64,000 nt of DNA from Candidatus Parcubacteria bacterium. GTDB taxonomy: Bacteria > Patescibacteriota > Minisyncoccia > Phycocordibacterales > PALSA-1337. Under the pieces are notes generated by a model that was not told the DNA's origin, did no database searches, and worked only from the letters and a program-made list of their open reading frames with translations. This document shows positions 9,603-18,559 of the stretch, in pieces. Position numbers and translations under genes: made by a program. Numbering within the stretch: the first letter of the stretch is position 1; the number at the start of each line of letters is the position of its first letter. The DNA lies in the NCBI GenBank assembly GCA_963766795.1, contig CAVYBN010000008.1, positions 32,696-96,695 on the forward strand, read 5' to 3'.

Positions 9603-9998
9603 TTACCAGATTTTGAACAATACCTCTCCCCCGACCTTATGCTTCCTGGCTTCCGCGCCGGTCAAGATCCCCTTTGGCGTCGAAAGGATGATGTCGCCGA
9701 AACCGCTCTTATATGTGCGGATATCGGAGACGCGCTGGTATATGCGGCGCGAGGGCTTGGAGACGCGTTCGAGATCGTGGATGCGCGCGCCGTTCGTGCC
9801 ATAGACCATGGCGACTTCGAGGGTCTTCCCGACGATCTCCTTGCCTTTCTTCTCAATGGCGGCGACATAGCCGGCTTTCTTCAAGGCGTGGACGACATTG
9901 TCGGCGAATTTCGTGTACGGGATGGTCACGACCGCCTTGCGCGCGTTGGAACCGTTCTTGAGACGGGTGACGAGATCGGAGATTGGGTCGGTAATCAT
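9603..9998 (-). CDS. rpsH: 30S ribosomal protein S8
   Basis: MITDPISDLVTRLKNG...; operon position. Confidence 0.95.
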   Translation of the reverse strand: MITDPISDLVTRLKNGSNARKAVVTIPYTKFADNVVHALKKAGYVAAIEKKGKEIVGKTLEVAMVYGTNGARIHDLERVSKPSRRIYQRVSDIRTYKSGFGDIILSTPKGILTGAEARKHKVGGEVLFKIW

Positions 9999-10143
9999 GG
10001 TAATTAGATCTCAAATTTCAAATCACAAATTCCAGAGAAGCTCCGGAATTCAAATCCAAAAACATCATCCCCATTCCTTGAAATTTGGAACTTGGAATTT
10101 TTCTGTAATTTGGATTTTGGAATTTGGAATTTCATATTGTTCG
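9999..10143. repeat. Heptad-word hairpin spacer, family A
   Basis: Same core as 7496-7636 and 9457-9602. Confidence 0.8.
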
Positions 10144-10329
10144 TTACCACGATGACTTCTTAATTCCCGGTATGGCTCCCTCATTCGCGAATTCACGGAA
10201 GCAGATGCGGCAGAGATCAAAATCGCGCATATAGCCGTGCTTGCGTCCGCAACGGAAACAACGCCGAACCACGCGCGACTTGAATTTCGGCTTCCTTTTC
10301 GACCTGACGATGACTGATGTTTTTGCCAT
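10144..10329 (-). CDS. rpsN: 30S ribosomal protein S14 type Z (zinc-binding)
   Basis: 61 aa with CFRCGR...CRIC. Confidence 0.9.
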   Translation of the reverse strand: MAKTSVIVRSKRKPKFKSRVVRRCFRCGRKHGYMRDFDLCRICFREFANEGAIPGIKKSSW

Positions 10330-10598
10330 AATGCAAATGGGATTGGTTAGCGCCGACAGGCCGCTTCCAATCGCTATTTCCCTGAAATACTTCGAAACTA
10401 CTGGGTATTTGAAGGTGTCCTGATACTAACAAAGAGGCAGGATGAAGTCAAATGCATCTGGTGCTTCGAGGAAACTGCGAGCCGGTTCGTCAAAACCGAC
10501 ATCGAATCCCTTCAGGAGAAATGGCGTGGGATGATGGCGAAGGAAGCGATGCTGGTAGTGGCCCTGGCGTAAAACCCTGACACTTCAAAATTTCAGGT

Positions 10599-10625
10599 AA
10601 GCCCGGTCTCAAAAAGGCCGGGCTT
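10599..10625 (+). terminator. GC hairpin (aagcccgg...ccgggctt) followed by a T-rich run
   Basis: An 8-bp GC stem with a 10-11-nt loop, abutting the left target duplication of the second IS. Confidence 0.35.
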
Positions 10626-10635
10626 CTTCATTTAT

Positions 10636-11673
10636 GGCTTAATGGTACTTTTGTGAGGCTGTGATGATACAATCAGCTTCTAGTAAAGCCATATTTAACA
10701 AATATTAATGAATATGCGTAAAAAAAACGATTTCTTGCCCAAATTGCGCTTCCAAAGCGGTAAAAAAGAACGGCCGGTTTAGAGGGATCCAGAGATACAA
10801 ATGCACCGGCTGTTCCGTTCAATTTCAGATATCAAAGAAAAGAGACCCGTCTCAGATCAGAAAGAAGCTCTGGTTTGATTTTTGTTTTCGATACGCGACC
10901 GTCGAGACGCTCACGGAGAAATACCGCAAGTCCGAGAAGTGGGTCCGCAATCAGCTCAAGCTCTACGAGCTTCCGGACGCGAAGCCAGTTCCTCGCGCCA
11001 TGGTCGCGGTCATGGACGCGAGCAAGGTCGGGAACGAGTGGATCTTCGTGGTACGCGATCCGCATACGAAAGAGAACGTGTACATGGAGACGATCCAATT
11101 TGAAAGCACGTTCTGCTACCAGACGGCGCTTCGGGAGCTGAAAGAGAAAGGTTTTACGATCAAAGCCATCGTGGGAGACGGAAAAGTGGCCGTATCGTGG
11201 CTTTTCAAGGGAATACCGTCGCAGATGTGCCACTTCCACCAGAAGCAGATCGTCGTGAGACGGATCACGCTCAACCCTCTCTTGCCAGCCGGCGTGGAGC
11301 TTCTGGCAATCGTGAATACCTTGACTGCGAGCACTGAAGCGGAATTCACCTTGAAGTTCAAGGAATGGTGCGAAAAGTGGGACGCGTTCTTGAAAGAAAA
11401 AAGCTTGAACGAAAAAACCGGAAGATACGCTTACACGCATCGGAAGCTTCGAGGCGCTCGAGACAGCATTAAAAGGCATTTGCCGAACCTGTTCACTTTT
11501 GAAAGATACCCGGAACTCCATATCCCGAACACCACGAATTCTCTTGACGGTTCATTCACCAAGATCAAGAACTCGATAGCCATTCACGCCGGGCTCGCGC
11601 GCGAACAGAAGATCAAAATGGTCAAAACATTGCTTGGAGGGAAAGTCTAGCCTCACAAAAGTACCATTAAGCC
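10636..11673 (+). mobile_element. Insertion sequence (1038 bp); family unresolved (zinc finger plus DDE, with an IS256/ISL3/IS1-like C-terminal signature)
   Basis: Perfect 24-bp terminal inverted repeats ggcttaatggtacttttgtgaggc and gcctcacaaaagtaccattaagcc. The 8-bp direct repeat tcatttat occurs at 10628-10635 and 11674-11681. Confidence 0.85.
10714..11650 (+). CDS. Transposase; the ATG (10714) is out of frame with the body across an A8 tract
   Basis: ATGCGT-A8 is followed, in the +1 frame, by TISCPNC...CTGC and then ORF 11000-11650 (MDASKVG, IVGDGK, TTNSLDGSFTKIKN). An A7 tract would be in frame. Confidence 0.7.
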
Positions 11674-11754
11674 TCATTTATTGAAATATGCTCCAATCGC
11701 CCCGATGTCGCCGCAAGACGGCTCTTCGGGGCGATTTTTGTTGGGGGAAATCGC

Positions 11755-12144
11755 TTACTCTGCGCACAATTTCAAGAGATATCCTTTCAAGACCCTTACA
11801 TAATCGTTGTATTTCTCCTTATCTCTAGGATGTTCAGCGCCAAATCCGAGGCTCTTCCTCTCTTCGATAAAATCAAGATTGATCGACCCTTCCAGAAGAT
11901 CGAGAAAATATACGACCCGATACCCACCGCGTTTTCCGCGATTGCTCTCGGGATCGGGTATGCCGGCATTCCAAGCTTCATAGCGATTATTCGGCGAACG
12001 GTATACGAGCTTCAAACGAGGAGCCTCGCTCTTATTCGAAACAGTCTGCGCCCAGTTTTTGATCGCCGCGCGCAGCTCAACGGAGATCCGCAATCTCTCG
12101 CACATACGGACGAACTGTTCGCGTTCGACGTAGATCCATGCCAT
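11755..12144 (-). CDS. Putative RelE-superfamily toxin (GKRGGYRVVYF motif)
   Basis: The K-x-GGYRV-hydrophobic-Y motif is typical of RelE/HigB-like toxins. It lies 13 nt downstream of a DUF4065 gene. Confidence 0.5.
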   Translation of the reverse strand: MAWIYVEREQFVRMCERLRISVELRAAIKNWAQTVSNKSEAPRLKLVYRSPNNRYEAWNAGIPDPESNRGKRGGYRVVYFLDLLEGSINLDFIEERKSLGFGAEHPRDKEKYNDYVRVLKGYLLKLCAE

Positions 12145-12157
12145 GTCAGTAGCTGAA

Positions 12158-12664
12158 TTACTTCCTGAAGAAATCTATGTCCTCGGCATATTTGTAATCG
12201 ACTATCTCAAATGGCTTAGAGAAAAACCATGGTGCCTCAAGATGGGTCTGGGTCACGATCTTATCAGTCGACCAGCTGCCAAACTCATCACAAATCTCTT
12301 TCAATAATATCTTTTGAGTCGGAGAAAATACGGCTTCATCCAGAGCGTTGGGATTCTTTATCTGGAAACGGATCATCTCTCCGTCTTTGTACGGCATAGA
12401 TTCAGTATCAATAGCTCCTTTTGTCTTCAACCCAGTCAGTATTTGATCCATGTGCGCGGGAACAGGGCCGTATTCCTGATGTACGTATACGTCGGCGCTG
12501 ACTGTTTTGGCCGTGTCTCTAAATGAAATGAAGTCCAGATAATACAGGAGCTTGTTAAGCTTGGTCTTGCCGAGGTATTGATTGTTACAGTATTTGATGA
12601 AATACAAAACTGCGCTTTCATATAAACGCTCATTGGGAAGCGGCTGGGATGCAGTCTTAGCCAT
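12158..12664 (-). CDS. DUF4065 (SocA/Panacea) antitoxin-domain protein
   Basis: KLNKLLYYLDFISF...YVHQEYGPVP matches the DUF4065 core pattern. Confidence 0.7.
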   Translation of the reverse strand: MAKTASQPLPNERLYESAVLYFIKYCNNQYLGKTKLNKLLYYLDFISFRDTAKTVSADVYVHQEYGPVPAHMDQILTGLKTKGAIDTESMPYKDGEMIRFQIKNPNALDEAVFSPTQKILLKEICDEFGSWSTDKIVTQTHLEAPWFFSKPFEIVDYKYAEDIDFFRK

Positions 12665-12720
12665 ATTCAGCCCTAGTATACTACAAAAATGTCAATAGCA
12701 AAAATCAAAAAGAAAAAGAT

Positions 12721-13284
12721 TTATTTCTTCTCCTCCTCCCTCTTCAACGGAAATCCCAGATGTTCGAGGAACGCCAGCGTATGCTTCTTGTCGTTCGAGG
12801 TGGTGACGATGGTGATGGACATGCCGAAGACGTCCTTGAGGTCTTCGTCGGAAGTCTCCGCGAAGATTGTATGCTCCTTGATGCCGAGGGTGTAATTGCC
12901 CATGTCGTCCACCGAAGCGCGCGAGAGGCCGCGGAAGTCCTTGGTCCTGGGAAGCGCGATGTGGATGAGACGGTCGAGGAATTCGGTCATGCGGCGGCCG
13001 CGCAGGGTGATCTGATAGCCGACAGGGTCGCCTTCGCGGGTCTTGAAGGTGGCGATGGCTTTCTTGGTGACGCGCAAGGCCGGCTTTTGGCCGGTGATGC
13101 GAGCCAACCGCTCGGCGATGAGCTCGATCTTCTTCTTGTCCTTGACCGAACCGAAGCCGCTCGAGATGACGACCTTGACCAGACGCGGCGCTTGCATCGG
13201 ATTCTTGAGCGCCAAAGGAGCCTGCAGGGACTTGAATGAGTCCTTGGCGAGATCAAAGGTGTTTTTTGGGGTGATGGTGGTCAT
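12721..13284 (-). CDS. rplE: 50S ribosomal protein L5
   Basis: The start is set at MTTITPK (ATG 13284). The residues before it in the ORF track translate the hairpin. Confidence 0.9.
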   Translation of the reverse strand: MTTITPKNTFDLAKDSFKSLQAPLALKNPMQAPRLVKVVISSGFGSVKDKKKIELIAERLARITGQKPALRVTKKAIATFKTREGDPVGYQITLRGRRMTEFLDRLIHIALPRTKDFRGLSRASVDDMGNYTLGIKEHTIFAETSDEDLKDVFGMSITIVTTSNDKKHTLAFLEHLGFPLKREEEKK

Positions 13285-13404
13285 GGTAATTAAAGGCAAA
13301 AGGCAAAAGGCAAAATGCAAAATTGAAATTCAAAATTTAAAATTGAATCTGCGACGGAACTTTTGATTTTTGACTTTAACTTTTGCATTTTGATTTTTGA
13401 CTTT
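13285..13404. repeat. Heptad-word hairpin spacer, family B
   Basis: Near-identical to 8795-8922. Confidence 0.8.
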
Positions 13405-13623
13405 TTAATTAGTTTTTTTCACCTTCGACGCGTAGATCGGCATAGCTCTCTCGACGGTCTGACCTTTAGCGCCTTGCTGACGGGGTCGCTCATGCTTCTT
13501 GGTCATATTCACACCCTCGACCAATACTTTGCCGAGAGCCGGAAAAGCCTTGACGACCTTGGCGGTCTTGCCTTTGTCTTCGCCGGATAAGATTGTAACC
13601 GTGTCTCCTGTTTTGATATGCAT
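13405..13623 (-). CDS. rplX: 50S ribosomal protein L24
   Basis: KOW motif IKTGDTVTILSGEDKGK. Confidence 0.9.
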   Translation of the reverse strand: MHIKTGDTVTILSGEDKGKTAKVVKAFPALGKVLVEGVNMTKKHERPRQQGAKGQTVERAMPIYASKVKKTN

Positions 13624-13722
13624 GGTAGTGATTACTTTACTTAAATTGATTCAGGATTCAAGATTCATGATTCAGGAATTTTTGTGTTCTTCTTGAATCG
13701 TGAATCCTGAATCTTGAATCTC
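13624..13722. repeat. Heptad-word hairpin spacer, family D (gattcag/gattcaa words)
   Basis: gattcaggattcaagattcatgattcagg opposes cttgaatcgtgaatcctgaatcttgaatc. Confidence 0.8.
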
Positions 13723-14094
13723 TTACACAATCTCCGCCGCCCTCGACGCTATCGTCTTGAAGCCCGCCTCTCCGACTTCGCGCGGGATCGGTCCGAAGAT
13801 GCGGCCGGCGATTGGCTCTTTCTTACCCTTCTCGATGATGACCACGGCATTCTCGTCGAAACGCACGTACGAGCCATCCTTGCGGCGGGTCGGCTTGACC
13901 TGGCGCACCACGACCGCGTGCAGGACGTCCTTCTTCTTGACGGCCTTCCTGGGCTCGGCCTTTTGAACGGAAAGCACCACGACTTCGCCGAGCTCGGCAT
14001 AGCGCTTCTTGGAGGCGCCGAGCACTTTGAAGATGCGGCCGATCTTGGCGCCGGAGTTGTCTGCGATATTCACGATTGTTCTTGGCTGTATCAT
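13723..14094 (-). CDS. rplN: 50S ribosomal protein L14
   Basis: MIQPRTIVNIADNSGAK... Confidence 0.95.
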   Translation of the reverse strand: MIQPRTIVNIADNSGAKIGRIFKVLGASKKRYAELGEVVVLSVQKAEPRKAVKKKDVLHAVVVRQVKPTRRKDGSYVRFDENAVVIIEKGKKEPIAGRIFGPIPREVGEAGFKTIASRAAEIV

Positions 14095-14168
14095 GTTTTA
14101 CTTGAATCAAGATTCAAGATTCATGATTCAAGAGGTTTTTCTTGAATCCTGAATCCTGCATCCTGAAT
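14095..14168. repeat. Heptad-word hairpin spacer, family D
   Basis: cttgaatcaagattcaagattcatgattcaag opposes cttgaatcctgaatcctgcatcctgaatc. Confidence 0.8.
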
Positions 14169-14426
14169 CTATGCGATGATTTTAAACGCCTTCCTCTTCG
14201 AGATCGGCCGACAGGCCAGGACGGTGGCCTTGTCCCCTTCCTTCTTGGTGTTACCCGCATCATGCGCCATGATCTTGGTCTGCTTATTCTGATACTTGCC
14301 GTACTTCGAATGCTTGATGTAGCGCTTGACCAGGACGACGGCCGTGTCTTTCATCTTCGTCGAAACCACGACGCCGGTGAATGTCTGCGGCTTTGTGTTA
14401 TTCGCGGTTGTTTGGGCGGCTGTCAT
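14169..14426 (-). CDS. rpsQ: 30S ribosomal protein S17
   Basis: Operon position; FTGVVVSTKMKDTAVVLV. Confidence 0.9.
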   Translation of the reverse strand: MTAAQTTANNTKPQTFTGVVVSTKMKDTAVVLVKRYIKHSKYGKYQNKQTKIMAHDAGNTKKEGDKATVLACRPISKRKAFKIIA

Positions 14427-14469
14427 GTGAGTTTGGATACTACTTGAAAATCGAGGATTTGTCTAGGAT

Positions 14470-14658
14470 TTAAGCCTTCTTCGCATTCATCGCCGTCAAA
14501 GTGCGGGCGATATCTTTGCGGATGGCTCTGCCTTCTTTGACATTCTTGGTCTTGGAACCGGCCGCGCCGAATCGGAAGACGCGCAAGGCCTCGCGCTTGT
14601 CGGCGAGCATCTTGGACATATCAGCGGCGGTCTTGGTTTTGGTGTCGATCTTTTTCAT
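14470..14658 (-). CDS. rpmC: 50S ribosomal protein L29
   Basis: 62 aa; operon position; LREALRVFRF-like core. Confidence 0.85.
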   Translation of the reverse strand: MKKIDTKTKTAADMSKMLADKREALRVFRFGAAGSKTKNVKEGRAIRKDIARTLTAMNAKKA

Positions 14659-14732
14659 GATCGGAATGGATCGCGTCTCAGAATGAAAGTAAAAAGCTCC
14701 AGAGAGCTATAAAAACATCTTAACAAAGCCGC

Positions 14733-14760
14733 TTGACAAAGTCAATCGAAGCGCTATACT
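14733..14760 (+). promoter_or_regulatory. Sigma70-like promoter: TTGACA, 16-nt spacer, TATACT
   Basis: TTGACA at 14733-14738 and TATACT at 14755-14760, on the strand opposite to all neighbouring genes. Confidence 0.45.
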
Positions 14761-14766
14761 TGCTTT

Positions 14767-14837
14767 GTAAGAAGTAAGTCCTCTTCGCGTTGGGTTACCG
14801 GATGGCGGCCCGTTAAAGCGAGGGGGCTTTCTTTTTT
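14767..14837 (+). ncRNA. Candidate small RNA of about 70 nt (promoter plus structured stem plus U-tract); function unknown
   Basis: Stem 14778-14788 pairs with 14818-14827 (10 bp, including 3 G-U pairs that exist only on the + strand). It encloses an inner GGG/CCC and CCG/CGG stem and is followed by tttctttttt. No ATG lies downstream of the promoter. Confidence 0.35.
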
Positions 14838-14844
14838 AATCTGA

Positions 14845-15472
14845 TCATTCGACCCTGCTTTCAACGATTATTTTGGGCCTGATGCGCTCATAAAACTTAT
14901 CGTCTCCGTATTCATATTTACGAAAGATCGACCATGCGATAAAATCAGCCGCTTGAAGCGATTTTTCATTGTGCGATTCCCTGAATGTAACGCTGACATA
15001 CGATTCGTCCGAAGCAGTGAGAAGCTTTTTGAGACGGTCGCGCAGATCTCCCTCTTGCTCTTTCTTCATATTCCTCTTGTCAATGACAACGGTCGTGTCT
15101 GCCGCACCAAATCCACGATCTTCGCCGAAGCAAACTTTTATTAGTAACTCGCAAGCAACGCAGTATCTTTCGTGCGATGTCTGTCTCCTATCGAACCGCC
15201 TTCCTGTTTTATCCAGAATGATGCAATAAATCGATAGGTCATCAACGGCGTTCAGTTTCTTTAGCATTCGCACGCGCGTGAGATCGCTTGCGTGGTATGC
15301 GTGCAATTCGTTCGGAACAAAGCTCTTCTTGCCCAAGATCTTCCTTGTCTTCTTGACCGCATGCTCCAGCGAGCGCTTACTGGAGATAACTAGCATGGCC
15401 AAAACAAACCATCTGCTCGATGATTTCTTGACTCCCGAGATCTCCGCTTTCGTCTATGAACGCGTATAGCAT
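14845..15472 (-). CDS. DUF3800 domain protein, with a frame break near 15431-15440
   Basis: MLYAFIDESGDLG from ATG 15472 is the DUF3800 N-terminal hallmark. The body continues in another frame (VKKSSSRWFVLAMLVISS...) as ORF 14845-15402. Confidence 0.65.
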
Positions 15473-15589
15473 GGATTAAAAAAATGCCCTCCGCGAATTG
15501 AAGTCTTCGACTCCAGCCGCGGGGCTTTTACAGTTAGAAGTTTAGCAGAAAGTATCAGGCGGTCAAGCGATGCCTTGTAGCTTTATGTA

Positions 15590-16813
15590 TCAATTTGTAA
15601 ATTGGCTGCTGTATTTTTCGTGAAATGCATCAGACTGTGAACACAATGTCGTAGTAACGCCATATTTAATTGTTCCTGCGAAACCGCTTGTATCCTGGCA
15701 CCACCAAGCCCCATTCGAAAGCTGAACCGACTCCGCGTCACTATTCGCGTCGCATTGAGCGCCTATCGGTATCCGAGCATCAACCGCCGTGCGAATATCA
15801 GTCGCGTTAAATGAATTCCCGATGCACGAACCGGAATATGTACCTTTGACGGCATAAAACTTTTTGCTGTCCGAGATAAGCGCAGAAATCAAAGCTTTCA
15901 ATTGATCATCGGTGAATGGTCCGAATGCTGGAAAAGTCGGGGCTGATTGCGTTTGAACAATAGGCATAACGCTTACTGGTGAAGTGCTTGCCGGAGAACA
16001 ATCGTATTTGTTCGCGGAAACGAATCGAGCCGGGATAGTCTGCATGGATTGACCGAAATTATTGTCACCGCCGAGGAAAGCCATCGAAAAGGCTAAGGTG
16101 GAACAATAATAGACGGTTGGATTGACGCAAGACCTTCCAAAGACAGCGACTTGAGTCCCATCGGGAGAAATATTCTCGACTAAAGAACCGCTGCATTTCG
16201 GTGCTTCATTTAAAAGAGCGGGCTGATATCCCGTGAAATTATTCTGACGGCTTACGGCATATTCCATTGCACCGGCAAGATTATCAGTGATGGCAGTCTG
16301 AATGAAAGTCTCATTATTTTGAGGGGTAAAATAAAAGTCGATCAAGATCGTCGGAAGGATCGCCATGGCAACTATGACAAGCGCGAGTAGTTTCATACTA
16401 GTAGCGTTCGTAACGGGTTGTGGCGCATCTACGGTAGCTAATATATTTTTTATTGACCTGTGGATTCCCGTCCATATTCCCGCAAAAATGATGAGAGCGA
16501 AGATGAGATGAGATATTATATTTTGCGCTCCCAGTGCGCTTGAATCCGCGATCAAAATAAGGCCTATGTATAAAAGATACACGAGAGAGACCGAGATTAG
16601 AGCGGTAGTAGCCCACACAAGAGCATCTTTCCTGGAAAAATAGACTTTGTACGCTGATACGAGAAAAAGTAAGATACTGGGGATAGCGATGATGATCTGG
16701 ATTGGATTAATCTCAACCTTGCCTGTGATAGAGGCAAATATCGTGATTATGGAAGCCAGCACCGGAGCTAAGAGTATAGCGACGACCGGATAGACGCGAG
16801 GATTTCTTTGCAT
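15590..16813 (-). CDS. Polytopic membrane protein with a large extracytoplasmic C-terminal domain; function unknown
   Basis: About 5 hydrophobic helices in the first 160 aa. Start set at MQRNPRVY (ATG 16813). Lower GC than its neighbours. Confidence 0.55.
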   Translation of the reverse strand: MQRNPRVYPVVAILLAPVLASIITIFASITGKVEINPIQIIIAIPSILLFLVSAYKVYFSRKDALVWATTALISVSLVYLLYIGLILIADSSALGAQNIISHLIFALIIFAGIWTGIHRSIKNILATVDAPQPVTNATSMKLLALVIVAMAILPTILIDFYFTPQNNETFIQTAITDNLAGAMEYAVSRQNNFTGYQPALLNEAPKCSGSLVENISPDGTQVAVFGRSCVNPTVYYCSTLAFSMAFLGGDNNFGQSMQTIPARFVSANKYDCSPASTSPVSVMPIVQTQSAPTFPAFGPFTDDQLKALISALISDSKKFYAVKGTYSGSCIGNSFNATDIRTAVDARIPIGAQCDANSDAESVQLSNGAWWCQDTSGFAGTIKYGVTTTLCSQSDAFHEKYSSQFTN

Positions 16814-16841
16814 GATTAGAATTGTACCACACCACAAACGC

Positions 16842-17267
16842 CTACGCCCTGCTTATGATCTTAGTCGTCATCGGCAATTTGGTGCCGGCCTTGCGGAGCG
16901 CTTCGGCGGCGATGGCTGGCTCGACGCCGTCGATCTCGAACATGATGCGGCCCGGCTTGACCTCGGCGATGAAGCCCTGCGGGTCGCCTTTGCCTTTGCC
17001 CATCTTGACCTCGGCCGGCTTCTGCGTGAATGGGTGGTCGGGATATATGCGGATCCAGACTTTGCCGGTCTTGCCGGCGTGGTGCATGATGGCCTTGCGG
17101 GCGGCTTCGATCTGGTTCGAGGTCACGCGGCCGTATTTCATGGCCTTGATGCCGAACGAACCGAATGCGAGCGCGATGCCGCGCGTATCGGCGTGCGCCG
17201 CTTCCTTAACGCGGTTCATGCGCATGGTGAACCACTTGCGGTGTTTTACTTTTTTGGGGTATAGCAT
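16842..17267 (-). CDS. rplP: 50S ribosomal protein L16
   Basis: MLYPKKVKHRKWF... Confidence 0.95.
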   Translation of the reverse strand: MLYPKKVKHRKWFTMRMNRVKEAAHADTRGIALAFGSFGIKAMKYGRVTSNQIEAARKAIMHHAGKTGKVWIRIYPDHPFTQKPAEVKMGKGKGDPQGFIAEVKPGRIMFEIDGVEPAIAAEALRKAGTKLPMTTKIISRA

Positions 17268-17381
17268 GGTAGTTTACAGTTTACAGTGCAAAGTGAAAAG
17301 TTTTAGTTGGAAATTTGAAGTTGAATCTGATACGTGATCATTGATTTGCGACTAAAATTTTGCACTTTGCACTTTGCACTT
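17268..17381. repeat. Heptad-word hairpin spacer, family C (agtgcaa words)
   Basis: tttacagtttacagtgcaaagtgaaaag opposes ttttgcactttgcactttgcactttt. Confidence 0.8.
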
Positions 17382-18059
17382 TTAACTTCGTTCTTTGACA
17401 TCCTTCTTGAATATTTCCCCTTTGTAGACCCAGACCTTGATGCCGAGGTCGCCGTATGTCATGTGGGCCTTGTCGCGGGCGAAATCGATGTCGGCGCGCA
17501 GGGTCTGCAGAGGGACGCGGCCGCGCTTCATCTCCTCGGAACGGGCGATCTCCGCGCCGCCCAATCGGCCGCCCAGATATACGCGAACGCCTTTGACTTC
17601 CTTGTTGGCCATGACTTTCTCCAAGGTCTGCTTCATGACGCGGCGGAACGGCAAGCGCTTCTCGAGCGATTCGGCGATCATGAGCGCGATGATGGCAGCG
17701 TTGGATTCTGGGCTGCGGATCTCTTCGACGTCGAGCTTGAGCTCTTGTCCGCCCAGGCTGATCTTCTCCGCGGCCAAGAGCTTCATGATCTTTGCGCGCA
17801 GCTTGACGATGCCATCCCCCGCCTTGCCGATGAGCATGCCGGGGCGCGAGGTCTTGATGATGACGCGGATGACTTTCTGGTTGCGCTCGATGTCGATGCC
17901 GCCCAAGAAGAACGGCCGGAGCTCCTTGGTCAGGAACTCACGGATGGTGAGATCGGCCTTTAGGGCATTCCGGTAATTCTTGTCCGTGGCGAACCAGCGG
18001 CTCTTCCAGTCGCGGATGATCCCAAGCCTGTGAGAATATGGATGGACGGTGTGAGACAT
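17382..18059 (-). CDS. rpsC: 30S ribosomal protein S3
   Basis: Start set at MSHTVHPYSHRLG (ATG 18059). Confidence 0.95.
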   Translation of the reverse strand: MSHTVHPYSHRLGIIRDWKSRWFATDKNYRNALKADLTIREFLTKELRPFFLGGIDIERNQKVIRVIIKTSRPGMLIGKAGDGIVKLRAKIMKLLAAEKISLGGQELKLDVEEIRSPESNAAIIALMIAESLEKRLPFRRVMKQTLEKVMANKEVKGVRVYLGGRLGGAEIARSEEMKRGRVPLQTLRADIDFARDKAHMTYGDLGIKVWVYKGEIFKKDVKERS

Positions 18060-18199
18060 GTTATTAGAAAATTCCAAAACCCAAATTACAAAGTCCAAAT
18101 AAATCATAAGCTCCAAAATTCAAAGCTGCCGTTCCTTTTGGAATTTGAGCTTTGAGATTTATTTGGAATTTGAGCTTTGAACTTTGGATTTTTTTCATG
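18060..18199. repeat. Heptad-word hairpin spacer, family A variant
   Basis: aaattccaaaacccaaattacaaagtccaaat opposes atttggaatttgagctttgaactttggattt. Confidence 0.75.
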
Positions 18200-18559
18200 T
18201 TATTTGTTCATTCTTTTCGATTCTTTTACAACAATAGGTGCCAAGACAACCAATACATTACTGGTGCGCTTCTTGATCGGGAATGCCGAGCCGCGAGACA
18301 TCGGCCTCGAGCGCTTGAGGGTGACGCCTTGATCCACTCGGATCTCTTTGACGTACAGGGTCTCGGCCTCGATCTTGTGGTCATGCTTGGCGTTGGATAT
18401 CGCCGAATCGATCAGGTCGCCCAGAGGATGCCGGGCCTTCTTGGCAGCATTCGTGAGGATGAGCTTGGCTTCCGAGACCTTCTTGCCGCGGACCATGTCG
18501 GCCACGATGCGGACCTTGCGCGGCGAGATGCGGTAGTTTTTGAGAGAGGCAGTGATCAT
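18200..18559 (-). CDS. rplV: 50S ribosomal protein L22
   Basis: Start set at MITASLKNYRISPRKV (ATG 18559). Confidence 0.9.
   Translation of the reverse strand: MITASLKNYRISPRKVRIVADMVRGKKVSEAKLILTNAAKKARHPLGDLIDSAISNAKHDHKIEAETLYVKEIRVDQGVTLKRSRPMSRGSAFPIKKRTSNVLVVLAPIVVKESKRMNK

Noticed and set aside
10367-10570. A 68-codon open frame on the + strand (...KCIWCFEETASRFVKTDIESLQEKWRGMMAKEAMLVVALA), ending just before a hairpin.
   Set aside because: It has no ATG, GTG or TTG start in a plausible position. It may be a gene remnant at the edge of the island, so it is not reported as a CDS.
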